This document shows positions 37,803-47,038 of a DNA stretch of 62,861 nucleotides, in pieces. The stretch comes from an uncultured delta proteobacterium (lineage in GTDB: Bacteria; Desulfobacterota; Binatia; UBA9968): positions 1 to 62,861 of the forward strand of contig CAVWLW010000005.1 in assembly GCA_963755715.1 (NCBI GenBank), read 5' to 3'. The translations under genes and the position numbers were made by a program. The notes below the pieces were generated by a model, which saw nothing but the letters and a program-made list of their open reading frames with translations, was not told the DNA's origin and ran no database searches. The stretch's first letter is position 1. Every line of letters starts with the position of its first letter.

Positions 37803-38961
37803 AAGGCTCCTGCTGTTCGCGTTTCAGCTGGCTATGGTCGAGCAGCATGTCGCGCTTGCGCCGGATCATCTCGCGCTCTTGGTCGAGGAAGCGCTGCACC
37901 GCGCGGCGAAACTTGCCGTCGACGATGTAGTGCACGCTGGTCGTGTGCTCGGGGTCCAAACCGCGCAACTGCTTGAAGCTCCCGCCGGCGCCCGCTTCGA
38001 AGCGCTCTAATCCCACGCGGATCGAGTGCTCGATGGCCGAATAGTAGCAAACATTGAAATGGAGAAACGGATGTTCCTCGAAGCAGCCCCAGTAGCGCCC
38101 GTACATGGCGGTATTATCACGGACGTTGAACGTGCCGGCGATGATCTTGCCGTTGCGCTCGGCGAGCATCAGACATAGATGCGCGGCGAAGCGCCGGTGC
38201 AATTCGTCGAAAAATTCTTGCGTGAGATATTGCCGGCCGTAATAGAGCCGGTCGACGTGCTCTTTGTACAGGCGAAACATGGTGCGCACGTGGTTTTGCG
38301 TGAGCTCGTTGCCCTCGTAAGCGTGAATCGTAATGCCCCGCTCCGTCACCTCGCGCCGCTCGCGTTTGACTTTATTGCGCCGGTCGCTGCGAAAGCTGCC
38401 GAGGTAGTCGTCGAAGGAATTGAAATTATGATTTTGCCACTGGAATTGAATTCCCGCGCGTGGAAAGAAACCTACTTGTTCGAGCGCTTCGCGCTCGTCG
38501 GCGAGACAGAAATTTACGTGAACCGATGAGATTTTATTGTCGGCGGCGATCTTCGCCAGCGCCTGCCCCATGAAACGGATCAACTGATCGCGGTCTTCAC
38601 CGGCGGCTGTCAAAAAACGATGACCGGTTACCGGAGTGAAAGGCACGCCGACCAACATTTTCGGGTAATATTGAATGCCCGCATGATGCGCCGCTTCGGC
38701 CCATTCGTAATCGAAAACAAACTCCCCCATGCTGTGAAGCTTCAAATACATCGGGCAGGCGCCGATGAGCTGGCCGGCCTTCTCGACGACGATGTGGTGC
38801 GGCAACCAGCCGGTCTTTTCGTTGACGCAGCCCGCTTGCTCCAGACTGTCGAGCCAATCCCATTTTAAAAACGGTGACAGACCCTCCGCCAGCCCGTCCC
38901 AGTCTTCTCGCGCCACTTCGGCGATCTTTCGAACAACCGTGAGGTTAACTCCGTCGTTCAT
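37801..38961 (-). CDS. GNAT / FemAB-like protein (DUF482)
   Basis: GWLPHH, HSMGEFVFDYEWA, YYPK...VPFTPVTG, YGRYWG, LHF..CYY, EAGAGG. Confidence 0.92.
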   Translation of the reverse strand: MNDGVNLTVVRKIAEVAREDWDGLAEGLSPFLKWDWLDSLEQAGCVNEKTGWLPHHIVVEKAGQLIGACPMYLKLHSMGEFVFDYEWAEAAHHAGIQYYPKMLVGVPFTPVTGHRFLTAAGEDRDQLIRFMGQALAKIAADNKISSVHVNFCLADEREALEQVGFFPRAGIQFQWQNHNFNSFDDYLGSFRSDRRNKVKRERREVTERGITIHAYEGNELTQNHVRTMFRLYKEHVDRLYYGRQYLTQEFFDELHRRFAAHLCLMLAERNGKIIAGTFNVRDNTAMYGRYWGCFEEHPFLHFNVCYYSAIEHSIRVGLERFEAGAGGSFKQLRGLDPEHTTSVHYIVDGKFRRAVQRFLDQEREMIRRKRDMLLDHSQLKREQQEP

Positions 38962-39131
38962 GACAACTGATCTTAGCACGAGCGTCTATTTGATCAAACT
39001 TTTGGCGGAATTTGCGTACTTTAGGTCACTGGCCTCCTTTCAAAAGTCACAGTCACAAGCGCGCCGCTGCCGGGGTACGCTCTTGACAAGATGGTTCAGC
39101 AATCTTATTGGTTATCTACGCGCGAACTCTT

Positions 39132-39575
39132 ATGGTCATCTACAACCTCCTCTGTAAAAAGAAACACAGCTTCGAAGGCTGGTTTCCCAGTTTTGAAGAT
39201 TTTCAGAAGCAGGCGGACAAGAAGCTAATCTCTTGCCCGACCTGCGGCACGACCAAAGTCGAGAAAGTTCCCCATGCTTGCGCGGTGCACGTGAAAAAAG
39301 AACAACCGGCGCCGCCAGCTAAAAAGCCGGAACAGACGCCCCCTGCCCCGCCGTCAGCGGCGGAATTTAAGGAAATGCTGCTCAAAGTGCACCACTACGT
39401 CAAAGAAAACTTCGAAGACGTGGGCCCCCGCTTCGCTGAAGAAGCCCGCGAGATTCACAAGGGCACGGCGGAGGAACGCCCCATTCATGGCATTGCGACC
39501 CGCGAAGAAACCAAAGAGCTCGCCGAAGAAGGCGTTCCTTTTGTCGCCCTGCCGAAACCCGAGCTCGACAGTTAA
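39132..39575 (+). CDS. DUF1178 family protein
   Basis: MVIYNLLC...HSFEGWF.S..F..Q....LISCPTCG...EDVG.RFAEEAR.IH.G. Confidence 0.9.
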   Translation: MVIYNLLCKKKHSFEGWFPSFEDFQKQADKKLISCPTCGTTKVEKVPHACAVHVKKEQPAPPAKKPEQTPPAPPSAAEFKEMLLKVHHYVKENFEDVGPRFAEEAREIHKGTAEERPIHGIATREETKELAEEGVPFVALPKPELDS

Positions 39576-39607
39576 CAGCGCTTTGCCGCAATCGATTAAT
39601 CTTTTTC

Positions 39608-39635
39608 ACGCCGCCGCCAGGCGGCGTTTTTATTT
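39608..39635 (+). terminator. Intrinsic terminator after DUF1178
   Basis: ACGCCGCC-GCCA-GGCGGCGT-TTTTATTT. Confidence 0.65.
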
Positions 39636-39701
39636 CTCCACTCTTGCAATCGACGCACGACTACGAAATAGATGCGTCATGGATCCGCAAGCGGAGGCGG
39701 C

Positions 39702-40784
39702 ATGCTGCTCATCAACAACCAAATCGTCGGAAAAATTCTCGATATCCGGGGCTGCATGGAAGCCCTGGAAACCGGCTACCGCGATTTGATCAACGAGCGT
39801 GCCGTCTATCGCGGCCGCTACGATCTGTTCGTGCCCAACGATGACCCGAAGCTGATGTATCGCTGGGGCACGATGGAAGGCGCCTCGCGCACCTTCGAGA
39901 CTTTTGCGATCCGGATGAAGTCGGACATGCTCGAATGGCCCGAAGGCAAGACCGTCGAAAAGTATTGCGTCGAGCCCGGGACTTTTTGCGGCTTCGTCAT
40001 GGTCTTTTCGACTCGTAACGGCGAGCCGCTCGCGATCATCAACGACGGCATCCTCCAGCATATGCGCGTCGGCGGCTGCGCCGGTCTCGGCGCGAAGTAT
40101 CTTTCGCGCGAAGATTCGAGTGTCGTCGGCATCTTCGGCTCGGGCGGCATGGCGCGCACCTATTTGCTCGCGTTCAATGCAGTCAGAAAACTCCGCGAAG
40201 TAAAAGTCTTCAGTCCGACGAGAAAAAATCGCGAAGCCTACGCCGCCGAGATGAGCGAAAAGCTCGGCATCAAAGTCACGCCGGTCGATAGCACCGAAGA
40301 CGCCGTGCGCGGCTCGGATATCGTCGCTACGTGTACCGACTCCATCCAAGTCGTGGTCGATGATCCCGCCTTGATCGAACCGGGCATGCATCTCACCTGC
40401 GTCAAATCGAACGAATGGAATCCTGAAATCGTCAAGAAGTCTGATCTGGTTGTTAAGATGGGACGCGCGACGAAGAATCTTGACGAAGGCCAAATACGGA
40501 TCGGCGGCGAAGCCGCGGTGGTCGCCGGCAACGCGGAGGAAATCACCAGAATCGCCAATCCCAAGGTCGACATTTTCTCCCGAGACTTCCCCCTCCTGAC
40601 CGATATTATGTCCGGCAAACTCAAAGGCCGCACCGATAAAAACCAGGTGACCTTCTTTGCCAACAGCGGCACTCAAGGCCTGCAATTCGCCTCCACCGCC
40701 GGCTACGTCGTGCGCGAAGCCAAGCGCCGCGGCCTGGGGCAACAAATCCCCACTGACTGGTTTTTGCAGGATATCAGGGATTAA
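39702..40784 (+). CDS. Ornithine cyclodeaminase / mu-crystallin family protein
   Basis: GEPLAIIND..LQHMRVG, Rossmann GIFGSGGMA, V.VFSPT, DIVATCTDS, G.Q.G.QFA. Confidence 0.88.
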   Translation: MLLINNQIVGKILDIRGCMEALETGYRDLINERAVYRGRYDLFVPNDDPKLMYRWGTMEGASRTFETFAIRMKSDMLEWPEGKTVEKYCVEPGTFCGFVMVFSTRNGEPLAIINDGILQHMRVGGCAGLGAKYLSREDSSVVGIFGSGGMARTYLLAFNAVRKLREVKVFSPTRKNREAYAAEMSEKLGIKVTPVDSTEDAVRGSDIVATCTDSIQVVVDDPALIEPGMHLTCVKSNEWNPEIVKKSDLVVKMGRATKNLDEGQIRIGGEAAVVAGNAEEITRIANPKVDIFSRDFPLLTDIMSGKLKGRTDKNQVTFFANSGTQGLQFASTAGYVVREAKRRGLGQQIPTDWFLQDIRD

Positions 40785-40804
40785 AAAAACCGGATGCGGA
40801 GCCC

Positions 40805-41749
40805 ATGAGAAAACGAATTTTTACGCTTGTTTTCTTCGCCGTGCTTTTTCTCGCGACGAATCACGCCGCGGCCCAACTCACGCCGGTCAAGATCGGCCAC
40901 AATGCCTTTACCGACGAGACCGTCTTTTATCTCGGCCGAGACGTCGGCATCTTCAAGAAGCACGGCATCCATCTCGAGCTGATCTACATCCCCGGCGGCT
41001 CGCTCTCCGTGCAAGCGCTGATCGGCAACAGTTTAGACATGTTGCTGGCCGGCGGCACGCCGCTCGTTTACGCGGTTTTGAAAGGCGCGGATCTCAAATA
41101 CATCGCCGGCCTCAATAACCGGATGCCCTACGTGCTGGTCGCTCGCGAAGGCATCAATACTCCGGAGCAATTGCGCGGCAAGAAAGTCGGCATCAGCCGC
41201 TTCGGCAGCAATACCGACTTCGTCGTCAAACTCGCCGCGACCCAGATGGGGCTCAATCCCAAGCGCGATATGCAAATCATGCAAGTGGGCGGTCAAGACG
41301 CGCGCGTGGTTGCCCTCAAGACCGGCGTTGTCGACGCCACGGTGCTCACCCCGGAGCTCGCCTTGGTGGGTCGGAAACTCGGTTATCACACACTGTACGA
41401 TCTAGTGGAAAAGGGCATCGAGTACTTGCAGATCGGCGTCGCCGCCAGGACCGATTATCTAAAATCGCAGAACGACACGGCGCGGCGGCTCACGCGAGCG
41501 TACCTGGAGTCGATTCGTTATTACGTGAGCCACCGCGAAGAAGCGATAAAAAAATCCATGCAGTTATTAAAAATAGACGACCGGCAAGCGGCCGAGGTCG
41601 GCTACGACTATCGGCTAAAGACCTTGCCCGCCGACGGCAAACTCTCCATAAAAGGCATGCAGTTGGTGATCGATGCCGCTGCCGAGGATGACCCCAAGGC
41701 AAAGTCGCTCACGCCCCAGCAACTTTTCGATTTGAGTTTTCTTCCTTAA
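40805..41749 (+). CDS. ABC solute-binding protein, NMT1/SsuA-like (orphan)
   Basis: Signal peptide; GIFKKHGI, LRGKKVGISRFGS, ALKTGVVDA. Confidence 0.9.
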   Translation: MRKRIFTLVFFAVLFLATNHAAAQLTPVKIGHNAFTDETVFYLGRDVGIFKKHGIHLELIYIPGGSLSVQALIGNSLDMLLAGGTPLVYAVLKGADLKYIAGLNNRMPYVLVAREGINTPEQLRGKKVGISRFGSNTDFVVKLAATQMGLNPKRDMQIMQVGGQDARVVALKTGVVDATVLTPELALVGRKLGYHTLYDLVEKGIEYLQIGVAARTDYLKSQNDTARRLTRAYLESIRYYVSHREEAIKKSMQLLKIDDRQAAEVGYDYRLKTLPADGKLSIKGMQLVIDAAAEDDPKAKSLTPQQLFDLSFLP

Positions 41750-41769
41750 ATCCCGCGAGTGCAATCGCC

Positions 41770-42768
41770 ATGGCCAACTCTAAAACAACCGACATTTTCT
41801 CCACTGAAACAGCGCTCACGCGCCTGCGCGAGTCCGTCCACGCCAAAGCTTCGAATTTCTACGCAATGTATTCGAGCGTGCTCGGCGGCATCGTCACCGA
41901 TCCCGCGCTCATGGTGCTGCCCCTCGACGATCACATGGTGCACCGCGGCCACGCGGTCTTCGACACGGCGACGTTGACTCATGGCATGCTCTATCAGCTC
42001 GACCCGCACTTGGATCGGCTGATTAAATCGGCCGACGGTGCGCGCATTCCGCCGCCGTTTCCGCGCGAGCGCTTGCGCCAAATTATTTTGGAAACTGCGG
42101 CGGCGAGCCGCCAGCGCGAAGGATCGGTGCGCTACTGGCTTTCCGCCGGTCCCGGCGGCTACGGCCTCGGTCCGGCGGAATGTGTCGGCAGCAGCTTCTA
42201 TGTGATCGTCTTCAAACAGGAAGCTTACCCGGAGAGTTACTATCGAGAGGGCATCAAGCTCATCACCAGCCAGGTGCCGATCAAGCCACCGCTCTTCGCT
42301 CGCATCAAATCGACCAATTATTTACCCAACGTGCTCGTGGTGTTGGAAGCCAAAGACCGTGGCGCCGACAACGGCGTTTTCATCGATCAGCACGGCATGG
42401 TCGCGGAAAGCTCCAACATGAACGTAGCGTTCGTGACCAAAGATCGCGTGTTCCGCCATCCGCCCTTCGACGCGATCCTGTCTGGCATCACGATCCAAAG
42501 AGTTCTCGATTTCGCCCAGACTCTCGTGCAGCAAGGCGTGCTAACCGCCGCCCGCCTCGCCGGCATTTCACTAGAAGAGGCTCGCGGCGCGGCGGAAATG
42601 CTGCTCATCGGCAGCTCGATCAAGGTCGCGCCCGTGGTCGAATGGGATGGACAAAAAATCGGCGACGGCAAGCCGGGACCGATCACCGCGAAGCTGCTGG
42701 AAATGTGGAACGAGGACGCGACATCGGCCCAGGATCAACTCGTGGCCGTGCCGTACGAAGGTGTTTGA
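41770..42768 (+). CDS. Class IV PLP aminotransferase (D-amino-acid transaminase / ADC-lyase-like)
   Basis: DDHMVHRGHAVFDT, HLDRL, KSTNYLPN (PLP Lys), E....N.AF, LSGIT, WDG..IGDG.PG. Confidence 0.92.
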   Translation: MANSKTTDIFSTETALTRLRESVHAKASNFYAMYSSVLGGIVTDPALMVLPLDDHMVHRGHAVFDTATLTHGMLYQLDPHLDRLIKSADGARIPPPFPRERLRQIILETAAASRQREGSVRYWLSAGPGGYGLGPAECVGSSFYVIVFKQEAYPESYYREGIKLITSQVPIKPPLFARIKSTNYLPNVLVVLEAKDRGADNGVFIDQHGMVAESSNMNVAFVTKDRVFRHPPFDAILSGITIQRVLDFAQTLVQQGVLTAARLAGISLEEARGAAEMLLIGSSIKVAPVVEWDGQKIGDGKPGPITAKLLEMWNEDATSAQDQLVAVPYEGV

Positions 42769-42818
42769 CGGCGCAAGATTTACCTGATTATTTTTATCTA
42801 AATTTAAAGGAGGTAGTT

Positions 42819-43085
42819 ATGACAAAGAAAAAACTTTCGCGGGGTTTGATGACCGCTGTTATCGTCGGGGTCTTCGGGCTGGGTTATGTTTGCGGCTCGA
42901 TGACGCAGCGCCAAGCCGAGGCCCAGATTGGCGGACTATTGGAAAAAGCCGGGAAGGCAGGCGGCCCGGTCGGGTCAGTAGCACAATTTGGTTCTTCGAT
43001 CGTCGAGATGCAGGACCATATCACCGGCCTACAGAAAAATCTCGATACTTTTAAGAACGTGCAATCATCCCTGACCGGTAAATAG
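42819..43085 (+). CDS. Small hypothetical exported/membrane protein
   Basis: Strong RBS AAGGAGG; MTKKKLSRGLMTAVIVGVFGLGYVCGS signal/TM. A GC-rich hairpin follows at 43105-43140. Confidence 0.75.
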   Translation: MTKKKLSRGLMTAVIVGVFGLGYVCGSMTQRQAEAQIGGLLEKAGKAGGPVGSVAQFGSSIVEMQDHITGLQKNLDTFKNVQSSLTGK

Positions 43086-43229
43086 TCCGTACGATCTTTA
43101 TCGTGCCAGCGGCGCTGACCTCGGCCTCAACGCCGCTGGCCATACTTGCCCATCTGCATTCTCCGCGCCCGTAACCGTGGAGTCCAAGGGAAAAACATCA
43201 CAGCACATCTGACTAACTGTCAATTCTGG

Positions 43230-43499
43230 ATGTACCCCGTGAAACTGTCGCTCAAAGCCATGATCATCGCCGGCGCCCTGTTCAAGACCATCGTCTTTCT
43301 TTTTATCTCGCTGATGAATCTTGTCTTGCGTCCTTACGGCGGCGCTTACCTGGCGATGCTGAGCTCGCTCTACCCTGGTTATGACCCCGTCAACGTGCCG
43401 ATTGCCGTGATCGTCGGCACAATCTATTCATTGCTCGCCGGAGCGCTCGCAGGACTTCTTTTCGCCTGCCTTTACAATTTTTTCGCGGATCGCACCTAA
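43230..43499 (+). CDS. Small hypothetical membrane protein
   Basis: Two hydrophobic helices flanking S.YPGY; ends ..LFA.LYN.F. Confidence 0.7.
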   Translation: MYPVKLSLKAMIIAGALFKTIVFLFISLMNLVLRPYGGAYLAMLSSLYPGYDPVNVPIAVIVGTIYSLLAGALAGLLFACLYNFFADRT

Positions 43500-43601
43500 C
43501 GCTTAGCGTTGCCGCGGCGGAGGCTTCAGCAGAAATCAGTGACGGCGACCAAGTCAAAGTTGAGTTTTTGCGAGCAGCGTGGTTAAATTGTTGTAGCTAA
43601 A

Positions 43602-43943
43602 TTGAATAAAAGGTTAACACCTCTCATCCTCTGTCTTCTTGGTCTTGCCATTCTGTCCAACCGATTTTTTGTGTTGCGACAGTTTACGGCTCGGCTCAAT
43701 CAAAATGCGAGCTTTCACCTGGCGAGCCATAACACGACACCACCTCAAACAGGCAAAAGAACGTTCTTCCTAGCGACACTGAACGAAGACGCTTCCGATC
43801 TGCAACAACTTCCGCGGGACGCCATCGGAATCAAAACGGTGCCGGGAGGCGCGCAGCGAAACTTTCGGGTTCTGTTTGAGTTTCAAACTGATCTTTCGTC
43901 AAGACCGCCTACTTATATTCTCCAGTCCTCTCTGAATCTCTGA
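43602..43943 (+). CDS. Hypothetical protein with N-terminal hydrophobic segment
   Basis: 113-aa ORF with a TTG start; no recognisable domain. Confidence 0.35.
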   Translation: MNKRLTPLILCLLGLAILSNRFFVLRQFTARLNQNASFHLASHNTTPPQTGKRTFFLATLNEDASDLQQLPRDAIGIKTVPGGAQRNFRVLFEFQTDLSSRPPTYILQSSLNL

Positions 43944-44106
43944 TCTCTTCGTCACGTCGTCGATCCAGAGTCTAAAAATCCGCCGGTATTGCAGCGCAGC
44001 CGCGCTGGATTTTCAGGACACCGCGACGCTTACGCGCAGCGCGAAACAATCGGCAAAGCTGGTGTGTCCGACACACACCCAAGAACGAGCGAGAAGGAGA
44101 TTCGAG

Positions 44107-44535
44107 ATGGAGCCCCTACACATGCGGATCAAGAAAGCACTCACTGAAAAGACACAAACAAATGAAATTAAGAAAATCCTGCTGATCGATAAAAACAAAG
44201 CTAGCCCTCTGTCCACCGCTCTGCAGCAGGAAGGTTACCATCTGATTCATTGTGATTCTGTTCAAAAAGCGTGGGATTTAATTTATCCGCACCGCCCTCA
44301 TCTCATCGTCCTTCACCTGTATGACTTTAATAATGGAGCGGGTTTATCGGACCTTCAGGAATGTCAGGCTTTGGCGGAAGGCGTTCCGATTATTTTAGCG
44401 GCCCCTGCGCGGGTAAATCAGGTCCTCAGCAAAACCACGCAGCATAGAACGGCGGTCGTTCTTGCGCCTTCGTCGACGCCCGAAAGCGTCACAAAAATGC
44501 TCCATCATCTGGAGGCCTCGACGATAAGGCGATAA
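44107..44535 (+). CDS. Degenerate single-domain receiver (CheY-like) protein
   Basis: KKILLID...LQQEGY...AWDLI...RPHLIVLHL...VPIILA follows the receiver secondary-structure pattern. Confidence 0.6.
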   Translation: MEPLHMRIKKALTEKTQTNEIKKILLIDKNKASPLSTALQQEGYHLIHCDSVQKAWDLIYPHRPHLIVLHLYDFNNGAGLSDLQECQALAEGVPIILAAPARVNQVLSKTTQHRTAVVLAPSSTPESVTKMLHHLEASTIRR

Positions 44536-44587
44536 CCGCGCTTTGGATGCGCATTAAACGGGCTAACTTAAGGAGAGAGAGAAAAAA

Positions 44588-44944
44588 ATGTCGAACGGAA
44601 GAGATCTAAAACATATCTTGGAGAGGATTTACAATCATGAAAGTTTGGTTGGTATCGATCTGCGCAACCTCTATCTGTCGTTTATGAATTTTACCGGCTT
44701 AGAGCTTCGCAGGACGGATCTGGAGGGTTGTTGTTTAAGCCACGCAGTGATGGATGACTGCGACCTGACCGATGCAAACTTAACCAATGCGAAATTAAGT
44801 CATGCAAGTCTCACCAGAGCGAAATTGGCGGGCGCCATTCTCACAAACGTTGTCGCAGATGGCGCTTCCTTTGAAGGCGCAACGGGATTGACGCCTCCAA
44901 CCATAGAGTACTTGAAAGCTAAAGGAGCCAATGGGCTCGATTGA
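44588..44944 (+). CDS. Pentapeptide-repeat protein
   Basis: CDLTD ANLTN AKLSH ASLTR AKLAG AILTN; RBS AAGGAG. Confidence 0.9.
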   Translation: MSNGRDLKHILERIYNHESLVGIDLRNLYLSFMNFTGLELRRTDLEGCCLSHAVMDDCDLTDANLTNAKLSHASLTRAKLAGAILTNVVADGASFEGATGLTPPTIEYLKAKGANGLD

Positions 44945-45103
44945 AACCGTTGCCGAGAAGCGCGCTAGACCTTCAGTTTCAAGCAAATGATTTCGAGAAG
45001 GCGGTTTGCGGGATCGCCTTGAGAAGTTGCCAAAGGCCATTTGCTGGCGGTCCAAGAGATATGCGCCGCCGCGAATTGGTCAAAAAGCCCGTCATGACAC
45101 CCG

Positions 45104-46010
45104 TTAGCTATCAACCGCCTGCTCGAAGGACACTCCACCATCCGGAGCGGCATCAAAGAGTTTTCGCGCGTGCATCCAGGCCTGGGTCTTTTCAAACATT
45201 GCCTGAGTATAGGGCTGCGGCACGACGCGTTCGCCGACGCCAAAACGGCGAACGTCGACTTTGTCGCGAAAGCGCTCGGGAATCTCGTTGATGAAGTAGT
45301 GTTTGTAGCGCTCCGGTTCAAAGTCGATGTCGGCTTGCGCCCTGATCAGGGCGCGCATATAGCGTTCGACGCTTGTTGAATCTACGTCCCGGTGAAACAT
45401 AAAGGCCATCATGAAAGTGGTGGAGACGATTCTCCGAAAGCCGTGCTGCTCCAACAGATACAATTGCGGTCCCCAGACGTTCACCGCGGGTATTTTTCGC
45501 GCCAATGCGGCATCGACGCGAGACCAAGACGATCCGACGAATTTGAGCGCGATGTCTTCGGGCGCAAGAAATACTTCGAGAGCCTGTAGCGCGGAATAAT
45601 GACTCCCGGAATGGTAGCCGACCGCAATGTCCGTGCGCGCCAGATCGCCAGGTTCGGAAACTCTGCGAATCTCCCGGAACCACAATAGCCGCCTCACAAA
45701 CACTGTAAGCCTTACCCCACATCACGCCCTCTTCAATCTTCGCCGCCTGGTTTACGGTCCAATGGCATGCGCAACTGACATCTCCGGCGCCTTCACCTTT
45801 GCGTCCATGTCCTTCGGCATAACGTTCGAACGCGCCGAATCGGTTATCCTCTAGCGGAATCGGCGAATCGACCGCGGCTAGACGCGGTGTGTTCTTGCGG
45901 CTTCCTTCGACATTGAGCTCGTAGTCGAGACCTTCCGCAGTGAAATAGCCTTTTTCTTCCGCGACCCAATCGTTGAGCCTGCCATGCGGTTGAATAATGA
46001 ATTTCGCCAT
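45104..46010 (-). CDS. SBP-fold (NMT1/SsuA-like) protein without signal peptide; +1 frameshift at ~45665
   Basis: WVAEEKGYFTAEGLDY...DVSCACHW...IVVPGDS | EPGDLA...AVGYHSGSHYS. Two ORFs join. Confidence 0.75.
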
Positions 46011-46382
46011 ATCGCCGTCTCCCTACGAATTATTTTTGTTGAATGCTATGTCATCATCTTGCACGTTTGCAAATGCCGTGACAGCGAGCGCTTCGTTCAA
46101 GCGTGGTCGTCACGACTTTGCTTCTGGAGCTAACCTGTCAACCTGTCGCTAGATACCGGACAACGCAGCGCGCTTGGATGATCCACGCGCAAGTGCGAAT
46201 CGGGTCCAGCGTTGATGAAAAAGATCGGGTAATCGCTGTCGCAGTAAAGTTTATTCCGGTACGGAATATGAGCATGAATCTACAAAGCAAACCGTCGAAA
46301 ACAGCAAAAGTATAACCTGACCTCGTGATTGCGCTATGACTTGCAATTGCCGGCGCTCCGGGTTATTTGCGCCGTACCGCAA

Positions 46383-47021
46383 ATGAACCGACGAATTCCG
46401 ATCTGGCTGAAGGTCGCGTACTCCGCTTTCGTGACTGTCGTTGTGCCGTGCTACTGGGTCACCTACAGCCCGTGGAACTTTCTTTACTTTTGTGACATCG
46501 CGTTGCTCGTCACCGCCGTGGCGATCTGGATCGAAAGCCCGCTTCTCATCAGCATGCAGGCGATCGCCATTACGCTGCCACAGATACTGTGGGTCGTCGA
46601 TTTTCTGTGCCGGCTGATTGCGGGCATAAGCATAACCGGTGTGACCAGCTACATGCTCGATTCGAGCATTCCGCTGTTTCTGCGCGCGCTCTCGTTATTT
46701 CACGGCTGGCTGCCCTTTGTCCAGTTGTGGTTACTCTCGCGCTTGGGCTACGACCCGCGTGCGCTTGGCATGCAATCCGTGGTCGCGATCGTGGTCTTGC
46801 TCGTTTCCTATCTGTTCGCTCCGGCTCCGCCACCCTCTGCGCGCCATCCTAACTGGGCCGTCAACATCAATTACGTGTACGGACTCGATGACAAGCATCC
46901 CCAGACCCTGATGGCGCCTCGGCTGTGGTTGCTTTTGATGATGGCCATCAACGTAATTGCCATCTATCTGCCAACTCACTTCGTGCTGCGGCGTTTCTTT
47001 AAAGCGCCCTCCTCGGATTAA
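46383..47021 (+). CDS. Hypothetical integral membrane protein
   Basis: About 6 TM segments; NFLYFCD, SLFHGWLP, NINYVYG, YLPTH motifs. Confidence 0.75.
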   Translation: MNRRIPIWLKVAYSAFVTVVVPCYWVTYSPWNFLYFCDIALLVTAVAIWIESPLLISMQAIAITLPQILWVVDFLCRLIAGISITGVTSYMLDSSIPLFLRALSLFHGWLPFVQLWLLSRLGYDPRALGMQSVVAIVVLLVSYLFAPAPPPSARHPNWAVNINYVYGLDDKHPQTLMAPRLWLLLMMAINVIAIYLPTHFVLRRFFKAPSSD

Positions 47022-47038
47022 GCATGGCGATGTGCCAA

